From contig CBDCCI010000002.1 in assembly GCA_965214705.1 (NCBI GenBank), positions 1,536,001 to 1,600,000 on the forward strand: 64,000 nt of DNA, written 5' to 3'. This DNA is from Alphaproteobacteria bacterium (GTDB lineage: Bacteria; Pseudomonadota; Alphaproteobacteria; UBA828). Below, in pieces: positions 19,946-29,410 of this stretch (position 1 is the first letter of the stretch; each line of letters opens with the position of its first letter). The notes beneath the pieces were generated by a model that saw nothing but the letters and a program-made list of their open reading frames with translations, did not search any database and was not told the origin of the DNA. A program made the translations under genes and the position numbers.

Positions 19946-22037
19946 CCGAACTTCCGTTAGCATCTGATTGCCGATCTGGCCGGATTTTGCCTGTTTCCGC
20001 CCTTTCTGCGCAGTTTAGCGCCCGGTTTGGCGCGAAATTCCCGAAATGATCGCCGAAACCGCCGCGATTCGGCGCTCCAGCGCTGGATCACGCCGTCCCG
20101 GCGCATCCACCAAAACCTGAATACTAGTCAGTAGATAGTTTTCTCGTTACGATAATTGCTCCGCATTCCCAAGCCTTTCCGATATGATTGCCGCGATTCG
20201 CTAGGCAGATCGATATGCACATCGAAACCACCCGGTCCGGAAACTCCCGCTGCCACCTCCTCAGACAGTCCTACTGGCAGGACGGAAAACCCAAGAAGCG
20301 CACCCTGTGCAACCTCTCCGCCCTCCCGGAACACGCCATCGAAGCCCTCAAACGCGCCCTCAAGCGCGGACCCGCCCTCAATCCCGACAGCGCCGACGTC
20401 GAACTGCGCGCCAGCCGGGCGCACGGCGCCGTCAGCGCCGTTCTCGGCACCCTTCGCGACATCGGCCTCGACCGCGTCATCTTCCACCGGCCCGATCGCC
20501 GCAGGGCCCTCGTCATCGCCATGATCGTCGCCCGCCTGATCCGGCCCGGCGCCAAGCTGCGCGTCGAGCGCGAACTGGGAGCGGCCGGCACAACCACCCT
20601 CGCCGCCCTGCTCGGCGTCGAAGGCGTCAGCGTCGACGAACTCTACGCCGCCATGGACTGGCTGGGCGCGCGACAGGGCGCGATCGAGCGCAAGCTCGCC
20701 CGGCGCCATCTCGGAGAGGACGATCTCGTCCTCTACGACGTGTCCTCGAGCTACATGGAGGGCAACGCCTGCCCCATGGCGAAGCGCGGCTATTCGAGGG
20801 ATCGCCGGGGCGACCGCCCGCAGATCGTCTACGGCCTCCTCTGCACCCGCGATGGCTGTCCGGTCTCGATCGAGGCCTTCGCCGGCAACACCGGCGACCC
20901 GATGACTCTGGCCAGCCAGGTGCGCAAGGTCCGCGACAGCTTCGGCATCCGGCGGGTGGTGTTGGTGGGGGACCGCGGCATGATCGCGCAGACCCGCATC
21001 GACCGCGACCTCGCGCCCAACGGCATCGACTGGATCACGGCGCTGCGCGCATCCTCGATCCGCAAGCTCGTCGACCGGGGGCATGTCACGCCCGGCCTGT
21101 TCGACACCTGGGGCCTCGCGCGGGTGACCACGCCGGACTATCCCGGCGAGAGGCTGATCGTCTGCTACAACCCGGTTCTGGCGGCCGAGCGCAAGCGCAA
21201 CCGCGACGGGCTGCTCAATGCGACCGAGACGGACGCGCGCGATTTCGCCGCGCGCCACGCCGCCGGCGACATCGACCGCGACGAGTTGAACCGTCGGCTG
21301 GGAACCTTGCGCCGCCGCAAGATGGCCAAGCACTTCCGCTTCGAATTCGACGAGGGCAGCGGCACCTTCAGTTGCGAACGCGACCGGGCGTCGATCGACG
21401 CCGAGGCCGCCCTCGACGGTCTCTACGTCATACGCACCAACGTGGACGAGGACGAGATCGAGGACGTCGAGGCGGTCCGCGTCTACAAGAGCCTGTCACG
21501 CGTCGAGCGCGCCTTCCGCTCGCTCAAGACGGTGTCGTTGCGGATCCGCCCGATCTTCCACTGGCGCGACGACCGAGTACGGGCGCATCTTCTGATCTGC
21601 ATGCTGGCTTGGTATGTCGAGTGGCACATGCGCCGCAGGCTGGCGCCGCTGCTGTTCGCCGAGGAGGACGGAGCGCCGCTGTCCGCGAACCCGGTGGCGC
21701 CGCCGGAACGCTCGGAAAAGGCCCGGCGCAAGGACAAGCGCCGAAAGACGGATGATGGACTTGCGGTGTGCGACTTCCGCGATCTCCTCGGCCATCTCGG
21801 CACGCTTGCTGCCACTGAGATCGCCACCGGAACCGACTTCGCCGTGCCCGCCCTGACCAAGCCGACCGAACTGCAGGAAAGGGCGTTCGCATTGCTCGGG
21901 CTGCGGCCCCATCCTGCGCCCGCGCTCACCGAAAAGGGGATGACCACCGCCAAACCTGTCCAGTAATCGTCGCTTCGAAACTCGCCGAAACCCCTGCCGC
22001 ACAACGGTTCTTTGACTATCCCACACTGGAAGTTCGG
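19946..22037 (+). mobile_element. IS1634-family insertion sequence (2092 bp)
   Basis: Terminal IRs CCGAACTTCC (19946-19955) / GGAAGTTCGG (22028-22037); 6-bp target duplication CTTAAC (19940-19945, 22038-22043). Confidence 0.92.
20215..21966 (+). CDS. IS1634-family DDE transposase
   Basis: LLRQSYW..GKPKKRTLCNLS, LYDVSSSY, GYSRD, VGDRGMI, VERAFRSLK, RPIFHW. Confidence 0.92.
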   Translation: MHIETTRSGNSRCHLLRQSYWQDGKPKKRTLCNLSALPEHAIEALKRALKRGPALNPDSADVELRASRAHGAVSAVLGTLRDIGLDRVIFHRPDRRRALVIAMIVARLIRPGAKLRVERELGAAGTTTLAALLGVEGVSVDELYAAMDWLGARQGAIERKLARRHLGEDDLVLYDVSSSYMEGNACPMAKRGYSRDRRGDRPQIVYGLLCTRDGCPVSIEAFAGNTGDPMTLASQVRKVRDSFGIRRVVLVGDRGMIAQTRIDRDLAPNGIDWITALRASSIRKLVDRGHVTPGLFDTWGLARVTTPDYPGERLIVCYNPVLAAERKRNRDGLLNATETDARDFAARHAAGDIDRDELNRRLGTLRRRKMAKHFRFEFDEGSGTFSCERDRASIDAEAALDGLYVIRTNVDEDEIEDVEAVRVYKSLSRVERAFRSLKTVSLRIRPIFHWRDDRVRAHLLICMLAWYVEWHMRRRLAPLLFAEEDGAPLSANPVAPPERSEKARRKDKRRKTDDGLAVCDFRDLLGHLGTLAATEIATGTDFAVPALTKPTELQERAFALLGLRPHPAPALTEKGMTTAKPVQ

Positions 22038-22130
22038 CTTAACCTTTGCCGTGTCTGTCGTCTGGTGCGGCGTGAGCCCTTCTCGTCGCGGCAGTGTACG
22101 ATACCGGCGGCCAATCGCAGGAGGAGACGA

Positions 22131-24182
22131 ATGAGCGCAGCCGCAGCCGAGGGAAATCAGTCCGCGTCCGAGCTTCGCCTGGTGTGGGAGCCGCTGGAGA
22201 TCGGCTCCACGCGGGTGAAGAACCGGATCATGATGACCGCCCAGACCACGCTCTACGGCAAGGACAACATCCTCAGCGACCGGCACATCGAGTTCTTCCG
22301 GGAGCGAGCGAAGGGTGGCGCGGCGCTCTTCATCACCGAGCAGCAGGCCGGCCACCGGATCGCCAAGGGGTCGTTCGTGAATGGCTGCACCGCCTGGGAG
22401 AAACGTGCCATCCCCCAATACGCCAAGCTCGCCGAGGCGGTGCACGAGCATGGCGCGCGGCAATTCATCCAGCTCTTCGGCTGCGGCGTGCACGACAAGG
22501 GCACGACGATCATGGACGAGTGGCACCCGCTCTGGGGCGTCTCGAAGCTGCCCTCGATCGTGCACCACGAAATTCCCATGGTCATGGAGCAGGAGCACAT
22601 CGACGACATCGTCAGGGAGTTCGGCGAGGCGGCGCTCAACGTCAAGGTTGCGGGCTGCGACGGGGTGGAGCTACACGCCGCGCACAGCTACCTGCTCGGC
22701 CAGTTCCTGAGCCCGGTCTACAACGACCGAACGGACCGCTACGGCGGCTCGGTACGCAAGCGCTGCCAGATCCTGCTCGAAATCGGCGAGTCGGTCCGCG
22801 CACAGGTCGGCGACGGCTTCACGGTCGGCGTCCGGCTCTCCTTCGACGAGTTCCTGGGCGAGGCCGGGATCACGCCAGACCAAGCCGAGGAGCAGCTGGA
22901 AATTTTGTCGACTAGCGGGCTCTTCGACTTCTTCAACATCTCCGGCGGCGGCTACTACACGCTGCACCATGCCGTCGCGCCGATGGATGTGAAGAACGGC
23001 TTCATGCTCCCCTTCGCGAAGCGTGCCAAGGCGGTGGTAGGCAACCGAGCCAAGGTCTTTACCGTCGGCCGGATCATCGACCTGCATCAGGCGGAGCAGG
23101 CGATCGCCGAGGGCACCACCGACATGGTCGCGATGACCCGCGCGCAGATGGCAGAGCCGCACCTGGTGAAGAAGACCCGCGAGGGCCGCCAGAAGGAGAT
23201 TCGGCGCTGCATGGGTGCTAACGAGTGCGTCGCCCGCCTCTTCGACAACCGACCGGTGACCTGTGCGGTCAATCCGTCGGTCGGCCGCGAGGCGCGGTGG
23301 GGGAGCGACACGCTGCAGCCGGTGGCACCGGAGGAGGCGAAACACATTCTCGTCGTGGGTGGCGGCATCGCCGGGATGAAGACGGCGGCTGTCGCGGCGA
23401 GCCGCGGCCATCGGGTGACACTGCTGGAGCGCGAGGAGCGCCTGGGCGGCCACCTGAACCTGCTGCTCAGCTTGCCGACGCGCAAGGAGTGGGACATCGC
23501 CATCGACAACCTGGTCCGCGCGATGGAGGTGGCTGGTGTGGAGGTGAGGCTCGGCGCGGAGGCGACTCCCGAGGTGATCGAGCGCGCGCAGCCCGACGCC
23601 GTGGTCGTCGCCACCGGCGCGCGCTGGGACTGTGACGGCCGCAGCGAGTTTCGGCCGGGTCAAGCGCGCCTCGCGGGGACGGAGCAGGAGAGCGTCATCG
23701 ACGTCGGCACGGCGACCGAACGCGCGCTGGCAGACGCAAGCGCCCTCGGGCAGAGGGTCGTGATTCTGGAGGAAACCGGCTTCTACCTGCCGCTCGGGCT
23801 CGCCGAGATCCTAGCGACGGATGGCGCCCATGTGGAGATCGTGACACCGCGCGCCATGGTGGGCGAGGACGTCATGCGCACCCTCGATCTCCCGTTCGTG
23901 ATGCCGCGCCTGGAAGAAGCCGGCGTGGTTTGCAGCGCTCACACCAACGTCGACAAGATCGAGGGCGATGCGGTGCACGTCCGCTCGGTCTGGGGCGGGC
24001 AACCGCGCGTGATCGAGGGGGTGGATACCGTCGTCGTCTCGATGCTGCGCTCGCCCAATGATGCACTCTATCGAGCGCTCGAGGGTCGCGTCGCCTCGAT
24101 GCACCGGGTCGGCGACGTGGTCGCGCCGCGCCGTCCGGTCCAACTCATGTACGAGGGCGAAGAGCTCGGCCGCGCGCTGTAG
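22131..24182 (+). CDS. Old-yellow-enzyme-family flavin oxidoreductase with Fe-S/FAD domain (trimethylamine/histamine dehydrogenase-like)
   Basis: ERAKGG, DGVELHAAHSYLLGQFLSP..NDRTDRYGGS, CMGANEC...C, VVGGGIAG; ATG 22131 after GGAGGAG. Confidence 0.88.
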   Translation: MSAAAAEGNQSASELRLVWEPLEIGSTRVKNRIMMTAQTTLYGKDNILSDRHIEFFRERAKGGAALFITEQQAGHRIAKGSFVNGCTAWEKRAIPQYAKLAEAVHEHGARQFIQLFGCGVHDKGTTIMDEWHPLWGVSKLPSIVHHEIPMVMEQEHIDDIVREFGEAALNVKVAGCDGVELHAAHSYLLGQFLSPVYNDRTDRYGGSVRKRCQILLEIGESVRAQVGDGFTVGVRLSFDEFLGEAGITPDQAEEQLEILSTSGLFDFFNISGGGYYTLHHAVAPMDVKNGFMLPFAKRAKAVVGNRAKVFTVGRIIDLHQAEQAIAEGTTDMVAMTRAQMAEPHLVKKTREGRQKEIRRCMGANECVARLFDNRPVTCAVNPSVGREARWGSDTLQPVAPEEAKHILVVGGGIAGMKTAAVAASRGHRVTLLEREERLGGHLNLLLSLPTRKEWDIAIDNLVRAMEVAGVEVRLGAEATPEVIERAQPDAVVVATGARWDCDGRSEFRPGQARLAGTEQESVIDVGTATERALADASALGQRVVILEETGFYLPLGLAEILATDGAHVEIVTPRAMVGEDVMRTLDLPFVMPRLEEAGVVCSAHTNVDKIEGDAVHVRSVWGGQPRVIEGVDTVVVSMLRSPNDALYRALEGRVASMHRVGDVVAPRRPVQLMYEGEELGRAL

Positions 24183-24248
24183 GTCAGTTGTCGCTCACGG
24201 CGGCCAGCATTTCTCCGGTTTCGCGCGCCTGTCGGCGCGACCGCCGCG

Positions 24249-25781
24249 CTACTCCGCCGCTCGCTCGCTGAGGCGCGATTGCAGCGCGGCGCAGAGCGTT
24301 CGCAGGACTTCCAAGCGGGCGTGCCTCTTGTTGTTGCCGGGGACCAGAGTCCACGGCGCCTCTCGGGTGCTGGTGCCGGCGATCATGTCGTTGGCGGCGT
24401 CCTCGTAGGCCTCCCACTTGGCGCGGTTGCGCCAGTCTTCCTCGGTCAGCTTCCAGCTCTTGTAGGGGTTCTCCTTACGCGCCAGGAAGCGCCGCTCCTG
24501 CTCGTCCTTGTCGATGTGGAGCCAGAACTTCATGAGCAACGTGCCATGGCCGATGATCTGCTCTTCGAAGTCGCGAATCTCGGCGTAGGCGCGCCGCCAT
24601 TCCGCCTCGGTCGCGAAAGACTCGACGCGCTCCACCAGCAGCCGCCCGTACCAGCTGCGGTCGAACACCGCGATCTGCCCGGCCTCGGGCAGGCGCCGCC
24701 AGAAGCGCCAGAGGTAGTGATGAGCGCGCTCCTCGTCGCTCGGCGCGCTCACCTGATGCACACGGTAGCTGCGGGCATCCAGCGCCGAGACCATGCGCCG
24801 GATGGCGCCGCCCTTGCCGCCGGCGTCCCAGCCTTCGAACACGAGGACGACCGAGAGCCCATGCAGCAGATTCTGCGCGGCGAGCCAGTAGAGATCGGCT
24901 CGCATGCGAGCCATCGACTTTTCGTAGGCCTTGCGGCCCACGGTCTTCGTCTGATCGATCGTGGCCAGCGGCTTGACCTCCCGCACCGCCGCACCGACCA
25001 CCGCCGGGCTCACGACTGGCGCACGGGCGCGAAAGCCGGCATCCGGCGGCGGCAGGCCGGCCAGGCGCGCTTCGAGCGCCCGGTTCACCATGCCCAGCAC
25101 CCTGAGCGAGCGGTGCCGCGCGTGACGGCCATCGACCACGAGCCACGGCGCCTCGGCGGTGCTGGTGCGGGTGATGATGTGCTCGGCGGCCTCGTTGAAG
25201 TGGTCGTAGCGGTGCCAATTGCGCCAGTCCCACTGAGAAATCCGCCAGTGATCGCGCGGGTGCTTCTGCAGGGCTTCCAGGCGCTGCTGCTGCGCCTTCT
25301 TGTCGAGGTGCATCCAGAACTTGAGGATCAGCGCCCCATCGTCGGCGAGCGTCCGCTCGAACGCGGCGATGCGTGCGAGCTTCCGATCGAGGGCGCTCGG
25401 CCCGATGCGCCCGTAGGCACGGTCCAGCAAAGGTGCCGAGTACCAGGAGCTGAGGAAGAGTCCGAGCCTGCCGCGCGCCGGCAGGTCGCGCCAGTAGCGC
25501 CAGAATTCCGGCCGCTGGCCTTCCTCTTCAGTGAGCCGGTCGTATGCATGAGTGACGATCCGGCGCGGGTCGAGCCACTCGGTGAGAAGGTTGACCGTCT
25601 CCCCCTTGCCTCCGCCGTCCACGCCTGCGAACAGCACGACGACGGGAAAGTCCGCCTTCGCCAGCGCGCGCTGGGACTCCACCAGCGAAACCCTGAGTGC
25701 CGTCGCCTGTTCTTCGAACGCGGCCTTGGAAAGCTCCCGTACCCGCTCGCGTTCAACCTCTTCGAATACCCGAGCGCTCAT
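24249..25781 (-). CDS. Polyphosphate:AMP phosphotransferase (two-domain PPK2)
   Basis: Two PPK2 domains: AGVDGGGKG and EGWDAGGKG; FDRSWYGR; KFWLHI. Confidence 0.9.
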   Translation of the reverse strand: MSARVFEEVERERVRELSKAAFEEQATALRVSLVESQRALAKADFPVVVLFAGVDGGGKGETVNLLTEWLDPRRIVTHAYDRLTEEEGQRPEFWRYWRDLPARGRLGLFLSSWYSAPLLDRAYGRIGPSALDRKLARIAAFERTLADDGALILKFWMHLDKKAQQQRLEALQKHPRDHWRISQWDWRNWHRYDHFNEAAEHIITRTSTAEAPWLVVDGRHARHRSLRVLGMVNRALEARLAGLPPPDAGFRARAPVVSPAVVGAAVREVKPLATIDQTKTVGRKAYEKSMARMRADLYWLAAQNLLHGLSVVLVFEGWDAGGKGGAIRRMVSALDARSYRVHQVSAPSDEERAHHYLWRFWRRLPEAGQIAVFDRSWYGRLLVERVESFATEAEWRRAYAEIRDFEEQIIGHGTLLMKFWLHIDKDEQERRFLARKENPYKSWKLTEEDWRNRAKWEAYEDAANDMIAGTSTREAPWTLVPGNNKRHARLEVLRTLCAALQSRLSERAAE

Positions 25782-25938
25782 CTCCCTCCCCGTCGAGGGC
25801 CATCCCCGCTCGATTACGGGGACGCTCCCTCTTGCGCCGCAGCCGGCCTCTCCGGGCTCGTCCTGCACGCTCGGGTTATAACGGTATTACGCCCGCAAGA
25901 CGATTTCGACATGGATTTGGCGGGGCCGGCCGCGCGGG

Positions 25939-26781
25939 TCAGCCGTGGATATCCTCCGTTTGCGCGCAGAGGGCGCCGTAGAGGTCCGGCCGGCGGTCGC
26001 GGAAGAAGGGCTTCTTTTGACGCACCTCGAAGACGCGGCGGCGGTCGAGCGTTGCCGTGATGATCTCGTCGCCCTCGTTGCCGGCGCAGGCCAGCACCTG
26101 ACCCTCGGGATCGACCACCATGCTTTCGCCGCCGAACCGCCAGCCGCTCTCCGGCCCGACCTTGTTGCAGGGCGCGAAGTAGACAGCGTTCTCCCAGGCC
26201 CGGGTGATCATCATCTCGCGCCAGGGACCGACGCGCGGAGCCGCGAACGGCACCACGATCAGCTCGGCGCCGTTGACCGCCGAGCAGCGTGCGTGCTCCG
26301 GAAAGAACGTGTCGTAGCAGATGATGATGCCGATTTTCCACTCGCCGACTTTGAAGACCGAGAAGCGAGAGCCGAAGCGGAAATACATGCGCTCGAGGCT
26401 GAGGTAGAGCCCCGGCATCACCTTGCGATACTTGCCGACGATGTCACCTGTGGGGTCGATGACGAAGGCCGTGTCGTAATAGAGGCCGGCTGATTCCTCT
26501 TCATAGAGCGTCGCGATCAGGTGGATCTTGTGCTCGGCCGCCTTGGCCCGCATTGCGGTGATGCTCGGGCCCGTCGCGGGCTCGGCCCGTTTCAAGTGTT
26601 CGTGGTCGCGTTCGTTGAAGACGTAGGGGTGATTGAAGAACTCCGGGATCACCACCAGGTCGGGCCGCTCGGTCTCCACCGCGCGGTCGATATGGGCGGC
26701 AGCCCGCGCGATGTTCGCATCGCGATCCGGCCCGCTGTTCATCTGCACCAGGCTGAGCGTGATCTGATCGCCGAGGCTCAT
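25939..26781 (-). CDS. Carbon-nitrogen hydrolase (nitrilase superfamily amidase)
   Basis: Glu-Lys-Cys triad contexts IPEFF, YRKV, ICYDTFFPE. Confidence 0.88.
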   Translation of the reverse strand: MSLGDQITLSLVQMNSGPDRDANIARAAAHIDRAVETERPDLVVIPEFFNHPYVFNERDHEHLKRAEPATGPSITAMRAKAAEHKIHLIATLYEEESAGLYYDTAFVIDPTGDIVGKYRKVMPGLYLSLERMYFRFGSRFSVFKVGEWKIGIIICYDTFFPEHARCSAVNGAELIVVPFAAPRVGPWREMMITRAWENAVYFAPCNKVGPESGWRFGGESMVVDPEGQVLACAGNEGDEIITATLDRRRVFEVRQKKPFFRDRRPDLYGALCAQTEDIHG

Positions 26782-26897
26782 GGGCCACTTCTCCCGCCGG
26801 CGTATTTCATTGAAGGCTAGCAGTTAGGCCCGGCGCGGTCAGTGGCTATGATGCACGTGTTCGGGGACGGTCGAGATCACGCGGGGAGGGGCGCAAA

Positions 26898-28682
26898 GTG
26901 AATCGGGCCGCAGCCGGCATCGATCCGGTCACTGCGAATGTGATCTACGGCGCGCTGGAGACCATCGCCGTCGAGATGGGCTTCAAGCTCATGCGCATGT
27001 CGCATTCGAGCCTGATCCGGGAATCCGAGGATTTCGGCGCCGCCGTGCTGGACGCGGCCGGCAACCAGATCGCCGAGACGCCGCAGAGCACGCCGCTCCA
27101 GTCGGGTCCGTTGCCGGGCTACGTGCGGGGCATTCGCGCGGCGCTGGAGAGGCGCGGCGAGGCCATCGAGCCGGGCGATGTCTACATCCACAACGATGCC
27201 TATGGCGGCGCCAGCCACGTGCCCGACGTGGCGTTCTGCGTGCCGGTGTTCCACGAGAGCGTGCTGGTGGGCTTCACCGGCACCGCCGCCCATCACGTCG
27301 ATATCGGTGCCCACACACCGGGCAGCGCCGGAATCGTCGATGCGGTCGACGCCTACGCCGAGGGCATTCAGCTCAAGGGCCTCAAGATCTACGACAAGGG
27401 GGTCAGGAACACGACGCTCTGGGCGGTGCTGGGCGACAATATTCGCGCCTCCCACCTGGTGCTGGGCGACATGGAGGCGCAGATCGCCGCCGCCCGAATC
27501 GGTGCCGAGGCGTTTCTCGCCCTGATCGAGCGCCACGGTCTGGAGACGGTGCAGGCGGCCTGCGCCGCGCTCATGGACTATTCCGAGCGCATGATGCGGC
27601 AAGCCATCGCGGCGCTCCCAAACGGCCGCTACCAGGCGCAAGGCGCCATCGACGGCTTCCTGGACGACGACGACCCGGCGCGCCGCGAGCTCCCCATCGC
27701 GGTCACCCTCACCGTCTCAGGCAGCGACATCACCGTCGACTTCACCGGCACGTCGGCGCAGGTGGACGACCGGCCGATCAACATGCCGCTCCACGGCACG
27801 GTCGACTGCGCTGTCTGGATGACGCTCCGCTCGATCCTGCTGGACTCGGCCGTGCACGGCCGCGTGCCGCTCAACGCCGGGCTGACCCGGCCGATCCGCA
27901 TCGTCGCGCCCAGGGGAACCCTGGTGAACCCCATCTTCCCGGCGCCCACCATTTCGCGCGCCTGCCCCGGGATTCAATGCGCCGACACGATCATGAAGGC
28001 GCTCGCCCAGGCCGTGCCAGGCCAGGTCTCGGCCGGTGTCGGCAACCTCAACGTCGTCGCCTACAGCGGGCTGCGCGGGGAGCGCCACTGGGTCCACATG
28101 GAGATCTACGAGGGCGCCTACGGCGGGCGCGCCGGCAAGGATGGCATGGACGCGGTGGACATCCTCTTCACCAACACGCGGAACAACCCCATCGAGGACG
28201 TCGAGTCCCACTTCCCGCTGCGCATCCACCGCTACGAGCTGCGCGATGAAGGCTGCGCGGCGGGGCGGTGGCGCGGCGGGATCGGGCCGATCCGCGAGAC
28301 CGAATTGCTCGACGATGCGGGCTTCTCGATCGAGGGCGAAGGCCAGCGCTTCCCGCCTTGGGGCCATGACGGCGGTGCCGAAGGCCGAGCAAACAGCATC
28401 AGCCTCATTCGCGCCGACGGTTCGGAGCAGGCGCTGCCCTCCAAGCTCGCGCACATGAAGGCGGCCGCCGGCGATCGCGTGATCGTCACCTCGTGCTGCG
28501 GCGGCGGCTACGGCGATCCGCTGCTGCGACCGGCCGAACAGGTGGCGGCGGACGTCGTCGATGGTCACATCAGCGCCGAGGCCGCGCGTCGCGACTACGG
28601 CGTGGTGCTCACCGAAGCGCTCACGCTCGACGCTGCCGCTACTGCACGCGAACGCACGGCCCGCGCCACGCCGGCACCGTAA
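26898..28682 (+). CDS. Hydantoinase B / oxoprolinase family protein
   Basis: SSLIRESEDF, NDAYGGASHVPD, HHVDIG, GRWRGG, GGGYGDP. Confidence 0.9.
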   Translation: MNRAAAGIDPVTANVIYGALETIAVEMGFKLMRMSHSSLIRESEDFGAAVLDAAGNQIAETPQSTPLQSGPLPGYVRGIRAALERRGEAIEPGDVYIHNDAYGGASHVPDVAFCVPVFHESVLVGFTGTAAHHVDIGAHTPGSAGIVDAVDAYAEGIQLKGLKIYDKGVRNTTLWAVLGDNIRASHLVLGDMEAQIAAARIGAEAFLALIERHGLETVQAACAALMDYSERMMRQAIAALPNGRYQAQGAIDGFLDDDDPARRELPIAVTLTVSGSDITVDFTGTSAQVDDRPINMPLHGTVDCAVWMTLRSILLDSAVHGRVPLNAGLTRPIRIVAPRGTLVNPIFPAPTISRACPGIQCADTIMKALAQAVPGQVSAGVGNLNVVAYSGLRGERHWVHMEIYEGAYGGRAGKDGMDAVDILFTNTRNNPIEDVESHFPLRIHRYELRDEGCAAGRWRGGIGPIRETELLDDAGFSIEGEGQRFPPWGHDGGAEGRANSISLIRADGSEQALPSKLAHMKAAAGDRVIVTSCCGGGYGDPLLRPAEQVAADVVDGHISAEAARRDYGVVLTEALTLDAAATARERTARATPAP

Positions 28683-28742
28683 GACCCGTCGGAGCGCTCT
28701 CGGCACGCCGGAGCACCCGAGCGGCCAATCTGATCGATGCGG

Positions 28743-29189
28743 CTAATCCTCGGCCTGCTCGGCGGTGCTCTTCCTCAACGTGATGACGTTGAGCGCATCC
28801 CGGCGCTGGTAGTCCACGTCGTCCATCATCTGCTGCACGAGAAAGAGGCCGAGCCCGCCGAGAGCACGCTCTTCAAGAGTCGCGTCGACGTTGGGTTCGC
28901 GCTCCAGCGAAGAGTCGAAGGCCCTGCCATCGTCGACGATCACCACGACCAGCGTGTCGCCTTCCTGGCGCAGGGTGAGGTCGATGCGGTGCTCGGCCTC
29001 GTCGTCGTATCCGTAGCTGATGGTGTTGGTCAGGATCTCGTCGATCGAGAGATTGACCGCATAGGCGATCTGCGGCGACAGCCTCCGCGCCTCGCAGAAC
29101 GCGTCGATCTTCTCGGCCGCGGCACCGATTTCCCGCAGGTCGTTGACCAGCGAGAGTTCGAGTGCGCCGTCGCTCACGGATTCGTTCAT
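28743..29189 (-). CDS. Anti-sigma factor-type Ser/Thr kinase (RsbW/HATPase_c)
   Basis: LSIDEILTNTISYG, IVDDGRAFD, GGLGLFLV. Confidence 0.88.
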   Translation of the reverse strand: MNESVSDGALELSLVNDLREIGAAAEKIDAFCEARRLSPQIAYAVNLSIDEILTNTISYGYDDEAEHRIDLTLRQEGDTLVVVIVDDGRAFDSSLEREPNVDATLEERALGGLGLFLVQQMMDDVDYQRRDALNVITLRKSTAEQAED

Positions 29190-29410
29190 TGGCCAAACGT
29201 GTCGCGGTGCCCGCAGGGCCACGTATCGGCCCTCATAATGTGCACCCTTTTCGCCTATTCGGGGGGACATGCCAACCGCTTTGGACTGGCGTGAACGCCC
29301 CTGCTGCCTGTCTGGCCTCACTTGATCGAACCCGCCCTGCCGGCCACACTGGCAACGGAGGACTGGCCGGGCGGGCGCACGCGCGGTCGCAACAGGGAGG
29401 AACGACCGAG

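Larger units (their letters stand above)
17283..22045 (+). mobile_element. Tyrosine-recombinase + IS91-type (HUH Y2) transposase element, copy 1, with IS1634 nested in its right end
   Basis: Matches copy 2 at offset 18609 from 17280 to 19945; the terminal CTTT resumes at 22044-22047 after the nested IS; flanked by TT on both sides. Confidence 0.92.

Noticed and set aside
22012-22045. Hybrid promoter from IS1634 TTGACT and flanking TAACCT
   Set aside because: 22-bp spacing is too long for sigma70.
22048-22053. CCGTG shared downstream of both insertion sites as a target motif
   Set aside because: Offset differs by 1 bp and there are only two sites in GC-rich DNA; it cannot be distinguished from chance.
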